From the human T2T-CHM13v2.0 reference genome, Homo sapiens: a stretch of 64,000 nt of DNA. Made by a program: the position numbers and the translations under genes. The stretch lies in NCBI RefSeq assembly GCF_009914755.1, contig NC_060932.1. One strand, 5' to 3'. Shown one piece after another: positions 31,050 through 43,387 of this stretch; positions within the stretch are counted from its first letter, which is position 1, and the number at the start of each line of letters is the position of its first letter. The notes under the pieces were generated by a model that ran no database searches, had not been told where the DNA came from, and worked only from the letters and a program-made list of their open reading frames with translations.

Positions 31050-32395
31050 CTACAGCTCTTCCTCCACCCCAGCCCCCTCACCCTCCTCCCTCTCCCTCCT
31101 CCTCCCTCCCCACCTGCCGTCGCCGCTGCAACCTCCACTACTGCTTGACCCTGCCGGGATTCCCCACCCAGCCCTTCCCCACCGGACTGTGTATTTATTT
31201 ACTATAATGTTAGCTTACAAGCTGGGAATATAAGTGCATTAACGGCCCACATGAGTCAATGGTATGCAAAAAGTCTGTGTTCTCCCAAATAATAATATTA
31301 ATCCCACAAATAACGACATGATCCCCGCCCCTGTTCCTTTCTGTTATTTTTTCTTAGATATAAGTTTTACATTTTTTATTCCTTTTCCTCTTTTTTTGGT
31401 TTTGATTGGTTTGGTTTGAGGGAGAGTTGGGGTCTTTGGGTTCTTCTAGACGTTTTGTTTTCCCTTCCTGGGGAGTTTCTTGCATGAGTCTTAACTTAAA
31501 ACTACGTTTCCGCCTTCTCTTTTTCCCTCTTCCCCCTTCATTCCCTCTTGTTTCCTTCCATTTGCGGTTCTGTTTTTGTTTTTTGTTTTGTTTTGTTTTG
31601 TTTTTTCCTTTGTTGTACAAGTAACAGAGAGGAGGTTTTTTTTGTAACTCATTTTGGGGGTGGAGGGGGCCACCTGGGTGGCAGGGGCCCTGGAGCTCTA
31701 TTGACCTGGTACACTGCTCCGGGACTCCTCCCCCGCCACCCTCCGCGCATAGGGTCCTTGGTCTGGACCCTGCCCCCCAAAAGTAGGGCCTTGCTCCTCT
31801 ACCTTGCTCTGAGCACGGAGAGCCCTGACCCCACCAGTAGGCTCGCCCCCAGAAGGGCCCAAGTGGCCGTCTACCGTCACCTTCCAGACTCCCGCCCCTA
31901 ACACCCAGTGGCTACAGTGCGCCTGTCGGGGCACCTGGAGCGCTCACCTGGTTGAATTCAAAGTCCCAGAAGGCCCCGCTGGCGTGAAGCCGGCCCCTTA
32001 CATTTTGCGAAGTGCATTATAGTCCTTGTTTTTCTCTCCCTCGTGGGGGCAACGACCCCTCCCCTGGCAGTAGGGGTGGGGTAGGTGACTCTCGCTAGAT
32101 CCCTCCAAAGCAGACCGGTGGCGATGTCAGCGGATGTCACGAGCTCGTTAGCTGCGTTCGGGGAAGGTTGGGGCGTCAGGGAGCTCTCGGATCACAGCAG
32201 CCCCCGCCCTCTCCTAGGCCTGGCCCGGCAGAGCCCCCAGAGTGGACCCCCCAGCGACTGGGGTCTTCTCCCCACTCCTCCCTCCTTCTGGTCTGATGCG
32301 GCAGCGCGGGGGCTGCGGGGCCTGTTTGGGACGAACAGAGCTCTCCCTTGGTAAGACTTATTTTGTTAATAAATGGAATACTTGGCTATATTCAC
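31050..32395 (+). other. ZNF703: ZNF703 3' UTR (end approximate)
   Basis: Runs from the stop codon to AATAAA at 32368; includes AU/U-rich blocks such as tatttattta near 31192 and U-rich 31340-31650. Confidence 0.75.
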
Positions 32396-32412
32396 ACCGT
32401 GGTGTTTTTCTC
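32368..32412 (+). terminator. Poly(A) signal AATAAA with downstream GU/U-rich element
   Basis: AATAAA at 32368-32373, followed about 25 nt later by gtggtgtttttc. Confidence 0.75.
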
Positions 32413-32599
32413 TCTTGCCTCGCCCACCCTCTTCCAGACACCTAAGCAGATGCCCTTCTTTTATTCTTGTTTAAAATGCCTTATGGTTTCCTTCTGTGAT
32501 TTCCGTTCAAGGACGAGTTTAATGCCTTTCCTCAAGAAATGGGGGAGAAAAAACAAAACTTCTGCCAACGCATTACAAATAACATAAAACCACCTTTTA

Positions 32600-33750
32600 A
32601 TTTTTTTCCCCAGTTGGTTATGTAGCTCCCAGCCTCACTTCAAAGGCCTTGACATTTCCTGGGGCCAGGGTGGAGGGTGTGTGTAAAAGTGGATTTTCCT
32701 CTGGGCCCAGATGCGACGTGCTAAGGGGGCTAAGAAGGGACCCCAGGACCCCAGCACCAAGGGCTCCGGCAGAGACTCCAGCAGCGCAGTCCTGGAGCCC
32801 GGCGGCCTGGCGGGCAGAGACGAAACGCCTTTGGCGCCACCTGGTGGCAGGAAGACGAGCGACAGGCCTCGGAGAGAAGGCGCAGCCCGCACTAGCCCCG
32901 ACGGCACCTTGGTTCTTCTCATCTTCTGAACGCGAAGGATTCCTACCTGCTGTTTTTGTGGGGCGTTTCCTCTCTCCTGACCAGAGGGTAAAGGCACCTG
33001 CTGAGAGGGTTGCTTCTCAAGGCTTGGGGGCTCCCCTCAGCCATCGCTGGGTTGTCGACCTGGGTCATCTGCGCCCCGGAAACTTCGAAACAGGGTTTGG
33101 GTTTTGCTGAGAAGATGCGACGATGACTCAAGACCTTGAAGCCATTCTCAGTCCGGAGGAGCCGGGCCCCTGGGCCTGGCTCGTCCATTTTCTTGAGCTC
33201 GCACGACTGACACTGGCCTCTGCATCCTCGGGCAAGAGAGGGCGGGTGCTGTTTACTGACGTGTTGGCCAGGGAGCCTGCCCCCTGTACCATAGACAGGC
33301 CCTGCGCGAGTGTCCAAGGCGGGAGGAGAGAAGGGACAGCTCTGGGAGGCCCAGCCACGTCCAGCCCAATGCAGACTCGCTGCCCTACCCCCAGCAGCGA
33401 GAGCGGGCTGCGCCCGCCAAGGCACGGCGGCTCAGACTTCGGCTGCCCGACGCCAGGACCCCGCTCCATCGGGCCGGGGGCGCTTGCTCCCTGCGCAAGG
33501 GCCTGGGCGCGCGGGGCCAATGGGACGCTCTGCAAAACCGCCTCCTGCGCCGCTTCCTGGCCGCGCTCCTCGTGGGATCTGTCGTTGGGGTTGTGCTGTT
33601 TGCTTTTTCTGTAAGGAATGCGACTTGGGAGTTCGTGCTCTGAAAGGTGCATGCTTTTGAAACGTCTGTGGCCCGAGGTCAAGTGCAGTGCGTAGGATGG
33701 GGCCGGTTTCTCTGCGCTGTTTTTGGTTGTCCACAAACTCGACGACAGAC
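32600..33750. promoter_or_regulatory. Second CpG-rich island just 3' of ZNF703
   Basis: CpG-dense, repeat-free sequence with CCAAT boxes (~33366, ~33518) and a CTCF-like motif. Confidence 0.65.
32833..32851 (-). promoter_or_regulatory. CTCF-like motif
   Basis: Minus strand reads CCTGCCACCAGGTGGCGCC, matching the CTCF core CCACCAGGTGGCG. Confidence 0.6.
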
Positions 33751-33753
33751 AGG

Positions 33754-33755
<2 letters not shown>

Positions 33756-33837
<82 letters not shown>
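33756..33837. repeat. (TG)n microsatellite, about 40 units with one interruption
   Basis: Read directly from the sequence. Confidence 0.97.
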
Positions 33838-33840
<3 letters not shown>

Positions 33841-36800
33841 ACCAAATCTTTGGATCTAGCAAAAGGAAAGGGATCCTGGGGTGCTCCTACCACTGGGCAC
33901 TGGGAAACCCGAATTAGAGAAAGTGCCCTGAGACCAGATCAGGGTCTTCCTGGGAAACCAGCATTATCCAATTTCTCGGGGTTCAATCTGGCCCGAATCT
34001 TTAAACGAACTAAATGTAGCGACTCGTGGCTTTATTGTTTCTTTTTCTGTTGTTTTGTTCGTTGTTTATTATTTCTTTGCCATCTTCCCTTCCTCTGAAG
34101 GCCCCTCTTTCCTTCAGAGACCCACCCCCTCACTATGTTTTTTAATGCCTGCTAAAAATGATGGAAATTGCTCCCTCTGTAGGGCGACTTAAACTTTGCT
34201 TTCTTACACTTCAAGTCTTCAGACCTCCCTATCTACAAACCAAAGGGCTCCTCTTGTTGGGAGGAAGGAAGGAAGGGACGCACAACCAGCAAATTCCCTA
34301 TACCAAAAGAAACTGTTCTAAAAGGTGTTTGGCTTATACCTTAGGTGTAAGAATGCAGTTAGAGAACTCCTTAGACTACAGAGTTTCCCCCATAAAATGT
34401 ATTGGTGGCCTTTGGTGACTGGGAAGTTCACTGTTGGGCCTGGTGGGAATAGGCTGCCCCCAACTACCATTGTGGCCGCAAAGGGCAGGTCACATAGTCT
34501 GGAGTGTCCAGTTCTACTCTGAAAAGATGGCTCTCCCCACCTAAGAAATGTGACAGTTTTAATAAGCTGATGAAAAGTTTGTTACTTTCAATAGCTTAAT
34601 TCCCATTAAACAAAGTTGCCATCTTAATGGAGGTGGTGCTCCCCTATCCAGTGCTTATTTGAATAATTAATGCCTCCAGCAACCCTTTCTTTGAGGGTCA
34701 CCTCCACCTTCCATTTCTCCACCTCCTCTTCCCAGCCCTCCTCCGCCTCTTTCTCCTAATCTGTCCCAGGCGCCAGAAATGGGGCCGGTGTTCCCAAAGC
34801 ACCAGGAAGGGTGGAAGCCACAGGGCTGGAACTTGAGACACTGGACGTTCCTGGCTCCAGGTCCTATTTTCACACCTCTTGCCTGGTTATTTTTGTGGCC
34901 TTGTGGCAGCCATGGGAGGAAGGGAGGAGGAGAAAGAGGGGAAAGACTCACCCTTGGATATAGGCTGGACTCAAACAAAATCATGTGGTGTTAAGTTTTT
35001 AACTTCCCAACTGTACACCCGCAAACCCATCTCCTAAGAAATTCATAGCCCAAGCGGGAGGTGTGGGGCCCTTCCCCATCTTTCTGCAGCCATAATTGCT
35101 CTGCCCTACCTAGCATACTGTGATTGTATCTCTGGGTATATGAACTAACTCCCTCCTGATGTATGTCTGGGTTACGGTGGAATTCATCTTACAATAATCC
35201 TGTGGCTCTACACTTTATTAATCATTCTGTAGGGGAAGCTGCACTCCAGTTTTCTGTTTGATTTGATTTCATTCATCCTGTCTTTTTGCAAAATAGATGG
35301 TTGAGTGCATCCGATAATGTATGGTTTAATTTGGAGCACTATGGGTTTGAATTACCATTTTCATAATGTGCTGTGCATTAATGTGTTACATCATTTACAA
35401 AGAGGAATGTGCCGGGTTTCAAACTTTCTCCTGAAAGCCAAAGTCACCTAAAGGAAACAAAGCCAAATCACATCAACCCATCTTCTTACCTCCCTGCCAG
35501 AGAGCCTCCTGCCTCCCCAACCCCAGTTAAATCTGCCAAAGCTCATAAAACCCAACATGAAGCCTTTGTATTCACATAATGCAGGTGGGTGTCGAGGTTT
35601 GGGGGAAACTTTGCACATGGCTGCCCGGGAGCCGTCAATGGCAGTACAAAGCTCCCCCTCATTATTGCATAACAACAGCTTTGCAGCCAACCCGGTTTTC
35701 ATTTTTTTTTTTTCGGAGACCTCCAGTGGATGGCTCTTCGTCGACCCTAATCCCAGCACTCCCTCCCCAATGGCTGTAATAACACCAGCTGTCTGTTACT
35801 CAAACTCTGACTGAGGAGGAAAAAGCACTGATTATCCAAATACAGTCATTAAAGGGGAAATGTGTTTTTAGGACTGTCAGAGTGATTAATGAGGGCTAGC
35901 CGTCTTTGCAAATGCACTTGTTTAGTCTAACTGGCAGCTTCTATTTTCCTATTGATTTATTGCAGCCGTTGCCGGGCCTTGGTGTGTGCGAAGTCAGGGC
36001 ACTTCACAACTGGGCCCTGTTTAAACAGGAAAAGCATGCACCATTTTATCCAGGAGGGAGGGAACAGCCTAAAGTCTCTCCCTTCAGTTCAGTCTCCAGT
36101 GGCCCGGACCAACAAAGAAGACATTAAAAACCTGCAGCCCGGAAAGGGAAGGAAACTGCCTCTCCTCGGTCGTCCCTGGTCACTCGGTTCCAAGGTCAGT
36201 GGAGACGCACCATGGCCCCTGGACAAAGCCCGCCCTATTGTGACTCTCAGCATGCCCACATTTTCTCCGACAGTCCCCCGAAACCAGCTGTCAGCCCCTG
36301 AGTCCAAGTTCAGGAAAGGCACCCAGCAGAGGGAGAGGCAGAAGAGGGAAATGCTGACACGAGGTAAGGGGAAAAACATAAGCAGAGCCACCCCTGGAGT
36401 CCAGGGTAGGGCAGGGGGTGTCATTGCGGTAAATTGATAGACCAACAGCTGGTTTCCACCTTTACAAAGAGAAGAAGGTGGAGTGACCTCTATTGCAGAG
36501 AGTGATACCGCCTTCTTTCCACTTGTACATTTCATGTTTTGACAAAAGAGTTAGCGAATGACCAAAATTGAGAAATGGCAGCTTGAAAATAGAGTCCCAA
36601 CTATTTGAGGATTTCACTTCCAGGTGGCCATCATCGAAGCAAACAGACTTTGCAGAATTCCTATTAGGTGCCCAGCACAATGCTGGATACCGTGAGATGC
36701 AGAAGAAAACTCAGACAAACTTCCTGCCCCATTGAGCTGGGGGAGACAAGATGCGCCCGTGAGACAGGGAGCAAGATTGCATTATACATAACTGCGTTTC

Positions 36801-37358
36801 TGCTGATCTGAGAAAGTGCTAAATCATTCTGTGCAGACAGCGGAGAAGAGGATAGGATATAATAAGGCGCTAATTGTGCAGATCAGATGGTCGTGCCAGC
36901 CACAGGAGCTGGAGGAGGGAGAGCTCACTGGGGCTGATATAGGGGAACCTGGGGCTCCCCAATTCCTCCTAAGCCCATGCTCTTTTGAAGATGGGTGAGG
37001 TTCTCATTCTATAGTGATGAGAAGGCTGAGCCCCTGAGTCAGTAATTTCCATTTCTAGAGCAGATCAAGGAACAGGCTTAATTAAGGCTATATAAACACA
37101 TCTGAATTTTCTTCTACCCACTCTCTCCCTAATCAGCTTATACCTCCCCCACAGCATTCCCAGCATGGAAATGGTTGGTAAGTCTTCCTAAATGAAAAAT
37201 ACCTTTCCAGGTTTTCCTGGGATGGTGGCATATCACCAGCATTATTAACACTTCCTAAAACAGAAAAAGCTGCTAGTAGATTTAGATTACATATGAACTG
37301 GGTTGCCTTTTTCTTAAGAGAAAATAATTTGAACCTGTTGGCTGAGAGAAAAGGAAGA

Positions 37359-37361
<3 letters not shown>

Positions 37362-37425
<64 letters not shown>

Positions 37426-37716
37426 TTTTTTTTCCGAGACGGAGTCTTGATCTGCTGCCCAGGCTGTAGTGCAGTGGTGCAATTTCTGCTCACTGCAGTC
37501 TCTGCCTCCCAGGTTCAAGCAATTCTCCTGCCTCAGCCTCCTGAGTAGCTGGGATTACAGGTGCACACCACCACTCCTGGCTAATTTTTGTATTTTTAGT
37601 ACAGACAAGGTTTCACCATGTTGGCCAGGCTGGTCTTGAACTCCTGACCTCATGATCTGCCCACCTCAGCCTCCCAAAGTGCTGGGATTATAGGCGTGAG
37701 CCAGCATGCCCAGCTG
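37362..37716 (-). mobile_element. Antisense Alu with (TA)n adjoining its tail
   Basis: (TA)n 37362-37407, poly-T, then Alu dimer. Confidence 0.92.
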
Positions 37717-38161
37717 AAAGTGACCACGTTTTATGAACTTCAAAATGGAGACAAATCGTATACGTGTACTTTGATGAGCTTTAGGGCTCTCCTGGAAAGT
37801 CCAGAACATCCAGTCACTATGCATGTACTAGAAAGGGCATTGAAATGAGTCAGAGAACCTAGATTTTATTCTGGTTTCAAAACCTAATTGCCATGTGGCT
37901 TTGAAGAAGTCACTTAGTCTCTCTGAACCTATTTTCCCATTTCTGAAATCAAGTTGTTGGGCCCTATAATCTTTAAGGCCTTTCTAACTGGAAGAGTCTA
38001 TGATCTTCTAAAATGTTGGAAGAGTGAAGCATTATGATGGTGAGAGTTGCTTAGGATGCTCTGTCTTTGGCCCTCATCAAATGCAACTCTAAATTTCCTA
38101 TCAGAACAGCAAACAGGGAAGACCCAGGAAAAGAAGGCTCATGACTTCACCTCAGCAATGA

Positions 38162-38483
<322 letters not shown>

Positions 38484-38742
38484 GAACACAGGAAGAATAT
38501 TGCAGTGTGGATTTTTTCACCCAGAGAACTGACTCCAACAAAGTGAATTATTAAATTTGTATTTAATTTGATGCAATGCTGAGTATAGGGTGATGTAGGG
38601 ATTTCAGAGACTACGTCGGGGTGCTTAAGTGGGTTAGGAATTATTTAAAATAATTTTGAGACTGCTGTGAGGTTAAATCAAGGTCTACAAAAAGAATCAG
38701 ATTTTTCATAGCCTACAGCCAGTTGCTTTTGAAAAATGGGGC

Positions 38743-38855
38743 AGAAAGAAAGAGAGAGAGAAAGAAGGAAGGAAGAAGGAAGGGAGGGAGGGAGGAAGGG
38801 AGGGAGGAAGAGAAAGAAAGAGAAGGAAAGAAAGAAAGAAAGAAAGAGAAAGAAA

Positions 38856-38919
<64 letters not shown>

Positions 38920-39122
38920 AGGAAGGAAAGAAGGAAGGAAGGAGAGAGGAAGGAAGGAAGGAAGGAAGGAAGGAAAGAAGGAAGGAAGGAGAGAGAGAGA
39001 AAGGAAGGAATGAAGGAAGGAAGGAGAGAGAGAGAAAGGAAGGAACGAAGGAAAGAAGGAAGGAGAGAGAGAGGAAGGAGGGAAGGAAAGAAGGAAGGAA
39101 GGAAGGGAGGGAGGGAGGGAAA
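38743..39122. repeat. Compound polypurine (GAAA)n/(GGAA)n repeat
   Basis: About 380 bp of almost pure purine on the + strand. Confidence 0.97.
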
Positions 39123-39591
39123 GTAGACAAAAATTATACCACAGTTTGGGGAACCTCTGCTCTGAATGGGCAGGGAGTATCTCCACAGCTCTTTGGAACA
39201 CAAAATAAAATGACTCTTCTGGAGTTCCAATCAGAGCCAAATTATAGAATGAAAACAGCAATTTGGAGAATTCCCTTGCATGTCCTTATCCTGTTTGCTC
39301 TCCTGGGTGTGTGTATGTGCATGCATGGTGTGAGCTATAATGTGGGTTTGTAGTCAGTTCACACAGGAATCATTGTGGCTGTGCTCTTCCTGCTTCAAAC
39401 ATGGGCACCACCAAAAATACAGAAAGGATAGGTCAGGCCCACCCTAGGGCATCTCAGGAAGCATCATTTTGTGTGTACCATGGCACAGTTAAATATACGA
39501 ATATATACTGGACATTTAATTCTTAAAACAAACCTTTAGTTTCTCTTTATATGAAAACTAAAATTTATAGAGGTCAAGTAAATTGCCCAAG

Positions 39592-39912
39592 ACTGGGCGC
39601 AGTGGCTCATGCCTGTAATCCCAGCACTTTGGGAGACCAAGGCAGGCGGATCATCTGAGGTCAGGAGTTCGAGGCCAGCTTAGCCAATGTGGTGAAACCC
39701 TGTCTCTACTAAAAATATAAAATTACAATATAAAATTACAAAAAAATACAAAAATTAGCTGAGCATGGTGGCACACACCTGTAATCCCAGCTACTTAGGA
39801 GGCTGAGGCAGGAGAATCACTTGAACCAAGGAGGCAGAGGTTGCAGTGAGCCGCCACTGCACTCCAGCCTGGGTGACAGAGTGAGACTCTGTCTCAGAAA
39901 AAAAAAAAAAAA
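39592..39912 (+). mobile_element. Alu (AluS-like)
   Basis: Dimer with TSD aaattgcccaaga and a duplicated linker. Confidence 0.92.
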
Positions 39913-40338
39913 TTGCCCAAGATCTCACAGTTAAAGAGCATGAAGCCAGGATTCTAATATGGTTCTGACTCTAAAACTCTTTACACTTAGCCAAGCAGCT
40001 TCAGACTTTGTATGTTGGCAGGCCTAGATGCTATGGATAAATGGAATAAGGGTGCCTGCTCCCTGGAAAGTTCTGGCTGTGCCTGTGTGTGTTGGGACCA
40101 GTTGACTATGTACAATTCAAATGAAATTGGTCCTGCCCCAAACAAGAGCTGAGATGCTGGTCAGTGCATTGGGTTTGAGCATTCAGTAAACATTTACAGA
40201 CCACTACCTACTAAGTATTTTGGTCTGCTCTGGGAATTCAAAAGATGGAGGAGATACTGGCCTTGCCACAAGGAGTTTGCAGTCAAATGGGAGATTGGTG
40301 TATAAACTAAGATATCACATTATATCTTAGCCCACACT

Positions 40339-40640
40339 GGCCAGGCACATTGGCTCACACCTGTAATCCCAACACTTTGGGAGACTGAAGTGGATGGATC
40401 ACTTGAGGCCAGGAGTTCGAGACCAGCCTGGACAACATGCCAAAACCCCATTTCTACAAAAAATACAAAAATTAGAGAGGCCTGGTGATGCTTGCCTGTG
40501 GTCCCAGCTACTCAGGAAGCTGAGGTGGGAGAATCACCTGAGCCCGGGGAGGTCAAGGCTGTAGTTTGCCACGATTGTGCCACTACACTCCAGCCTGGGC
40601 AACAGAGCAAGACCCTGTCTCCAAAAAAAAAAAAGAGAGA
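40339..40640 (+). mobile_element. Alu (AluJ-like)
   Basis: Dimer with A/GA tail. Confidence 0.88.
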
Positions 40641-40674
40641 GAGAGATAATGTGCTGAGGACTCTATTAATGCCA

Positions 40675-41440
40675 TTGCAGTAATCAAGAGTATAGGCTAG
40701 GTTATACGGTGGTAACAAATTAACACACAAATCTCAGTGGCTTAACACAACAAAGTCCTCTTTTTTTTTTCCACTTATACTGTGTATCCATTGTGAATTG
40801 ACGGGGATCTCTATCAGTCAGTGTTCAACCAGAGAAGCAGAAGCAGTAATATATGGAGTCATTTATTTCAAGGCGTTCACTTACGCAATCATGGCTAGCT
40901 AAGTGAGTTGGAAGTCTGTAGGGCAGGCAGACAGGAAGGGAAGATCACAAGCCAGCATCACAAGACACCCTGCTGGCTTGAGCCATGTGGAGTCTCTGAG
41001 AACAAGGAAGGCCTAAGCCCCCTTTTAAAGGGCTTGCTTCATTAGGTCAGGCCCACCCTAGATCACTTCTCTTTTGATCAACTTAAAGTCAACTGATTAG
41101 GGACTTCAATCACATTTGCAAAATTCCTTCACAGAAGCACCTAGATTCTTGTTTGATTTAGTAACTGGGGACTGGAGTTCAATCTAACCAAACCGATGCA
41201 TCAGAAAGCATCAACTGTGCCACATAATTAATCAGGGCCACATAATTAATCAGGCCCACTGACTGGCAGAGGAACACACACAGAGGAAGAGCCGGAGCAT
41301 CTCACACAAACAATCACATGTTGCAGGCCAAAAATGAATATGTCACCTCTGCTCACAATCTTCTGGCCAGCACTGGTCCCATGGCCCCTCCTAACTGCAA
41401 GGGTGGCACATTGCTTCTCCCTGGTGCCAGAGGAGAAGGA
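40675..41440. mobile_element. Old MaLR (MLT1-like) LTR with a nested MLT2-like LTR (~40812-41210)
   Basis: aaatctcagtggcttaacacaacaaag (MLT1-like); gtgttcaaccagagaagcagaa and attaggtcaggcccacc...aacttaaagtcaactgattag (MLT2-like). Confidence 0.6.
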
Positions 41441-43386
41441 GGCCTGGAGGTGAGTCCACCCCAGCTGTTGTCTCGGCAGCTTCGATACTGCCCTGTCTGT
41501 GGTCATTTTACTCTCCTCCACTCTGCTTCCCAGACCTTACCAAACAGAAGCCCTTCCAAACCCACTGAGCCCTATCTACCTGGAGAAAGCTTAAAAGCTT
41601 ACATCTGAAATTGTAGGAAACACAGGTGCATCTGGGGATGGACTGCTCTAGCCAGACTAGGCTGTCTCCACTAAGGTTAGGACAGAAGGCTCAGGCCTAT
41701 GAGACCCTGAAGTTCATAGAAATTTGTGACCTTCTGCATACTTTGTAGTACTGAGACCTCCACCTGGTGGCTTGCAGAGGATCACCTATTTGAGCATGGA
41801 GGCAGCATATTGGCAAGCCCTCCTAACGAGAAGGATAGGCATCTTTGGTGTATTGGACTCTAACAATGCTTGCATCTGTGAAACTTACAAAAAGCAGAGG
41901 ATTGATACAAAGTGATAATGATCCATGGTCACTGACAAACAAGAGCTGTCAATAGAATGCTGCTGTAAGTTCAAATGAAGAAGTCTGAGCATCGCAGACC
42001 AGATATGAGCCTTTTTCTTTCTCTAACATTTATTGAGCTCTTGCTGTGTGCCAGGCACTGTGCTGAGCACTTTGCATAGAAGCTTTCCTTGAATCCTGGC
42101 AGCAATTCTCTGCAGCAAGTCTATTGTTGGATGTATCTTGCCTAAGGCCACAAAACCAGTAAGCAGTAGAGGCAAGATTCCTACCAAGGCTATCTGGTTA
42201 TAAAAACCTGTCTACCTGTGGCCAGGGCCACCCTTCACATACTATTGTGCAGGCAATGCCCCACAGGACAGCATCTGGCCAAGGGAACAACTGGGAGCTC
42301 CACAGACACCAGACCTGGGACTGCATCAGCTTGGAAGGGGGCCTTCTTCTAAATCTTCCAAAGGTGCCACGTGGCTGGGGGTAGGATAGGGGGAGCCCTG
42401 CTAACCTCTGGCCCTCTCTTCTAAAGACCATAGATCAGAAAGGAGCCCTTCAATCCCCTGATCACCTCCTGATGGTCACAGTTGAGCCTTACAGTGTGTG
42501 GAATGCTAATTGTCAATCAAAAGCAGTTCTGAAGAACCTATTATGTGTGCTAAATGCTATTGGAGGATGGAAGATGCACAGGACATGCCCCAGACATCAA
42601 ACTGTTTACAATCAATAGGGAAACCCATACAAGCACATACTAGTTATGCAAAGTAAAGTACGATCACAAGTGAAGGGGACCCACATAAAGTACAAGGTAT
42701 TTAGAGCATCCTCGGAGCTGGAAGGGATCATCATTCACTCAGCCCCAGAGGAGAAAGGAGAGGTCTTCGAGGCCAGTGGGGCAGCCAGAGCCAGGCCCAA
42801 GGCGGGACAGCGCAAGCTGTGTTGCGGGACACCTCTCCCACTCACACAAACCAGCTTCTGTGTGCGGAGAGCACAAAGGTACACTAAGTATAACTTAAGG
42901 AATTCAGGTCTTCAGGGCCACACGCAGAGGTGCAGCCACCCAGCAACCTGGCCAAAGAAGGGGCAACAGCCTCACTGCAGAGAAGGGGCACAATTCAAAG
43001 CCTGCCACAGAGAAAGGTAAGGCTCTCTGCACAGGTAGCATGGGGCCTGCAATTGAAACCTGTGTCACGCTCGCCGGGCCTGACTCCCCTAGTCCCAGCC
43101 ACTCACTGTGGGCTCCCCTGTCCCCAGGGCCCACCCTCCTGGCTCTGTGACTGCTTCAGGGCACACAGCACAGAGAGGAGGTCTCAGGAGGCTCGTGATG
43201 GTCACACTGACAGGTAGGGCTTTCACTCCCATCCCCTCTTGATACTCACCTGCCGCCCCCGACCCCTCTCCCTTCTTTGAAAGTATTGGAGAAGAAAATG
43301 ATCTTAGACAGAATCCTTCTTGGCAACCCTTGCCCCTCACCATAATCTTCCCCTTCCTGCCCCTTCCCCAGTGCCATTCTTCCCCC

Positions 43387-43387
<1 letters not shown>

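Larger units (their letters stand above)
26800..31150. promoter_or_regulatory. CpG island over the ZNF703 promoter and gene body
   Basis: Very high GC and CpG density compared with the CpG-depleted flanks. Confidence 0.9.

Noticed and set aside
27430-33900. Many overlapping and antisense ORFs of 100-270 aa around ZNF703
   Set aside because: Low-complexity Arg/Pro/Gly/Ala products expected where GC-rich DNA lacks stop codons; no recognisable domains.
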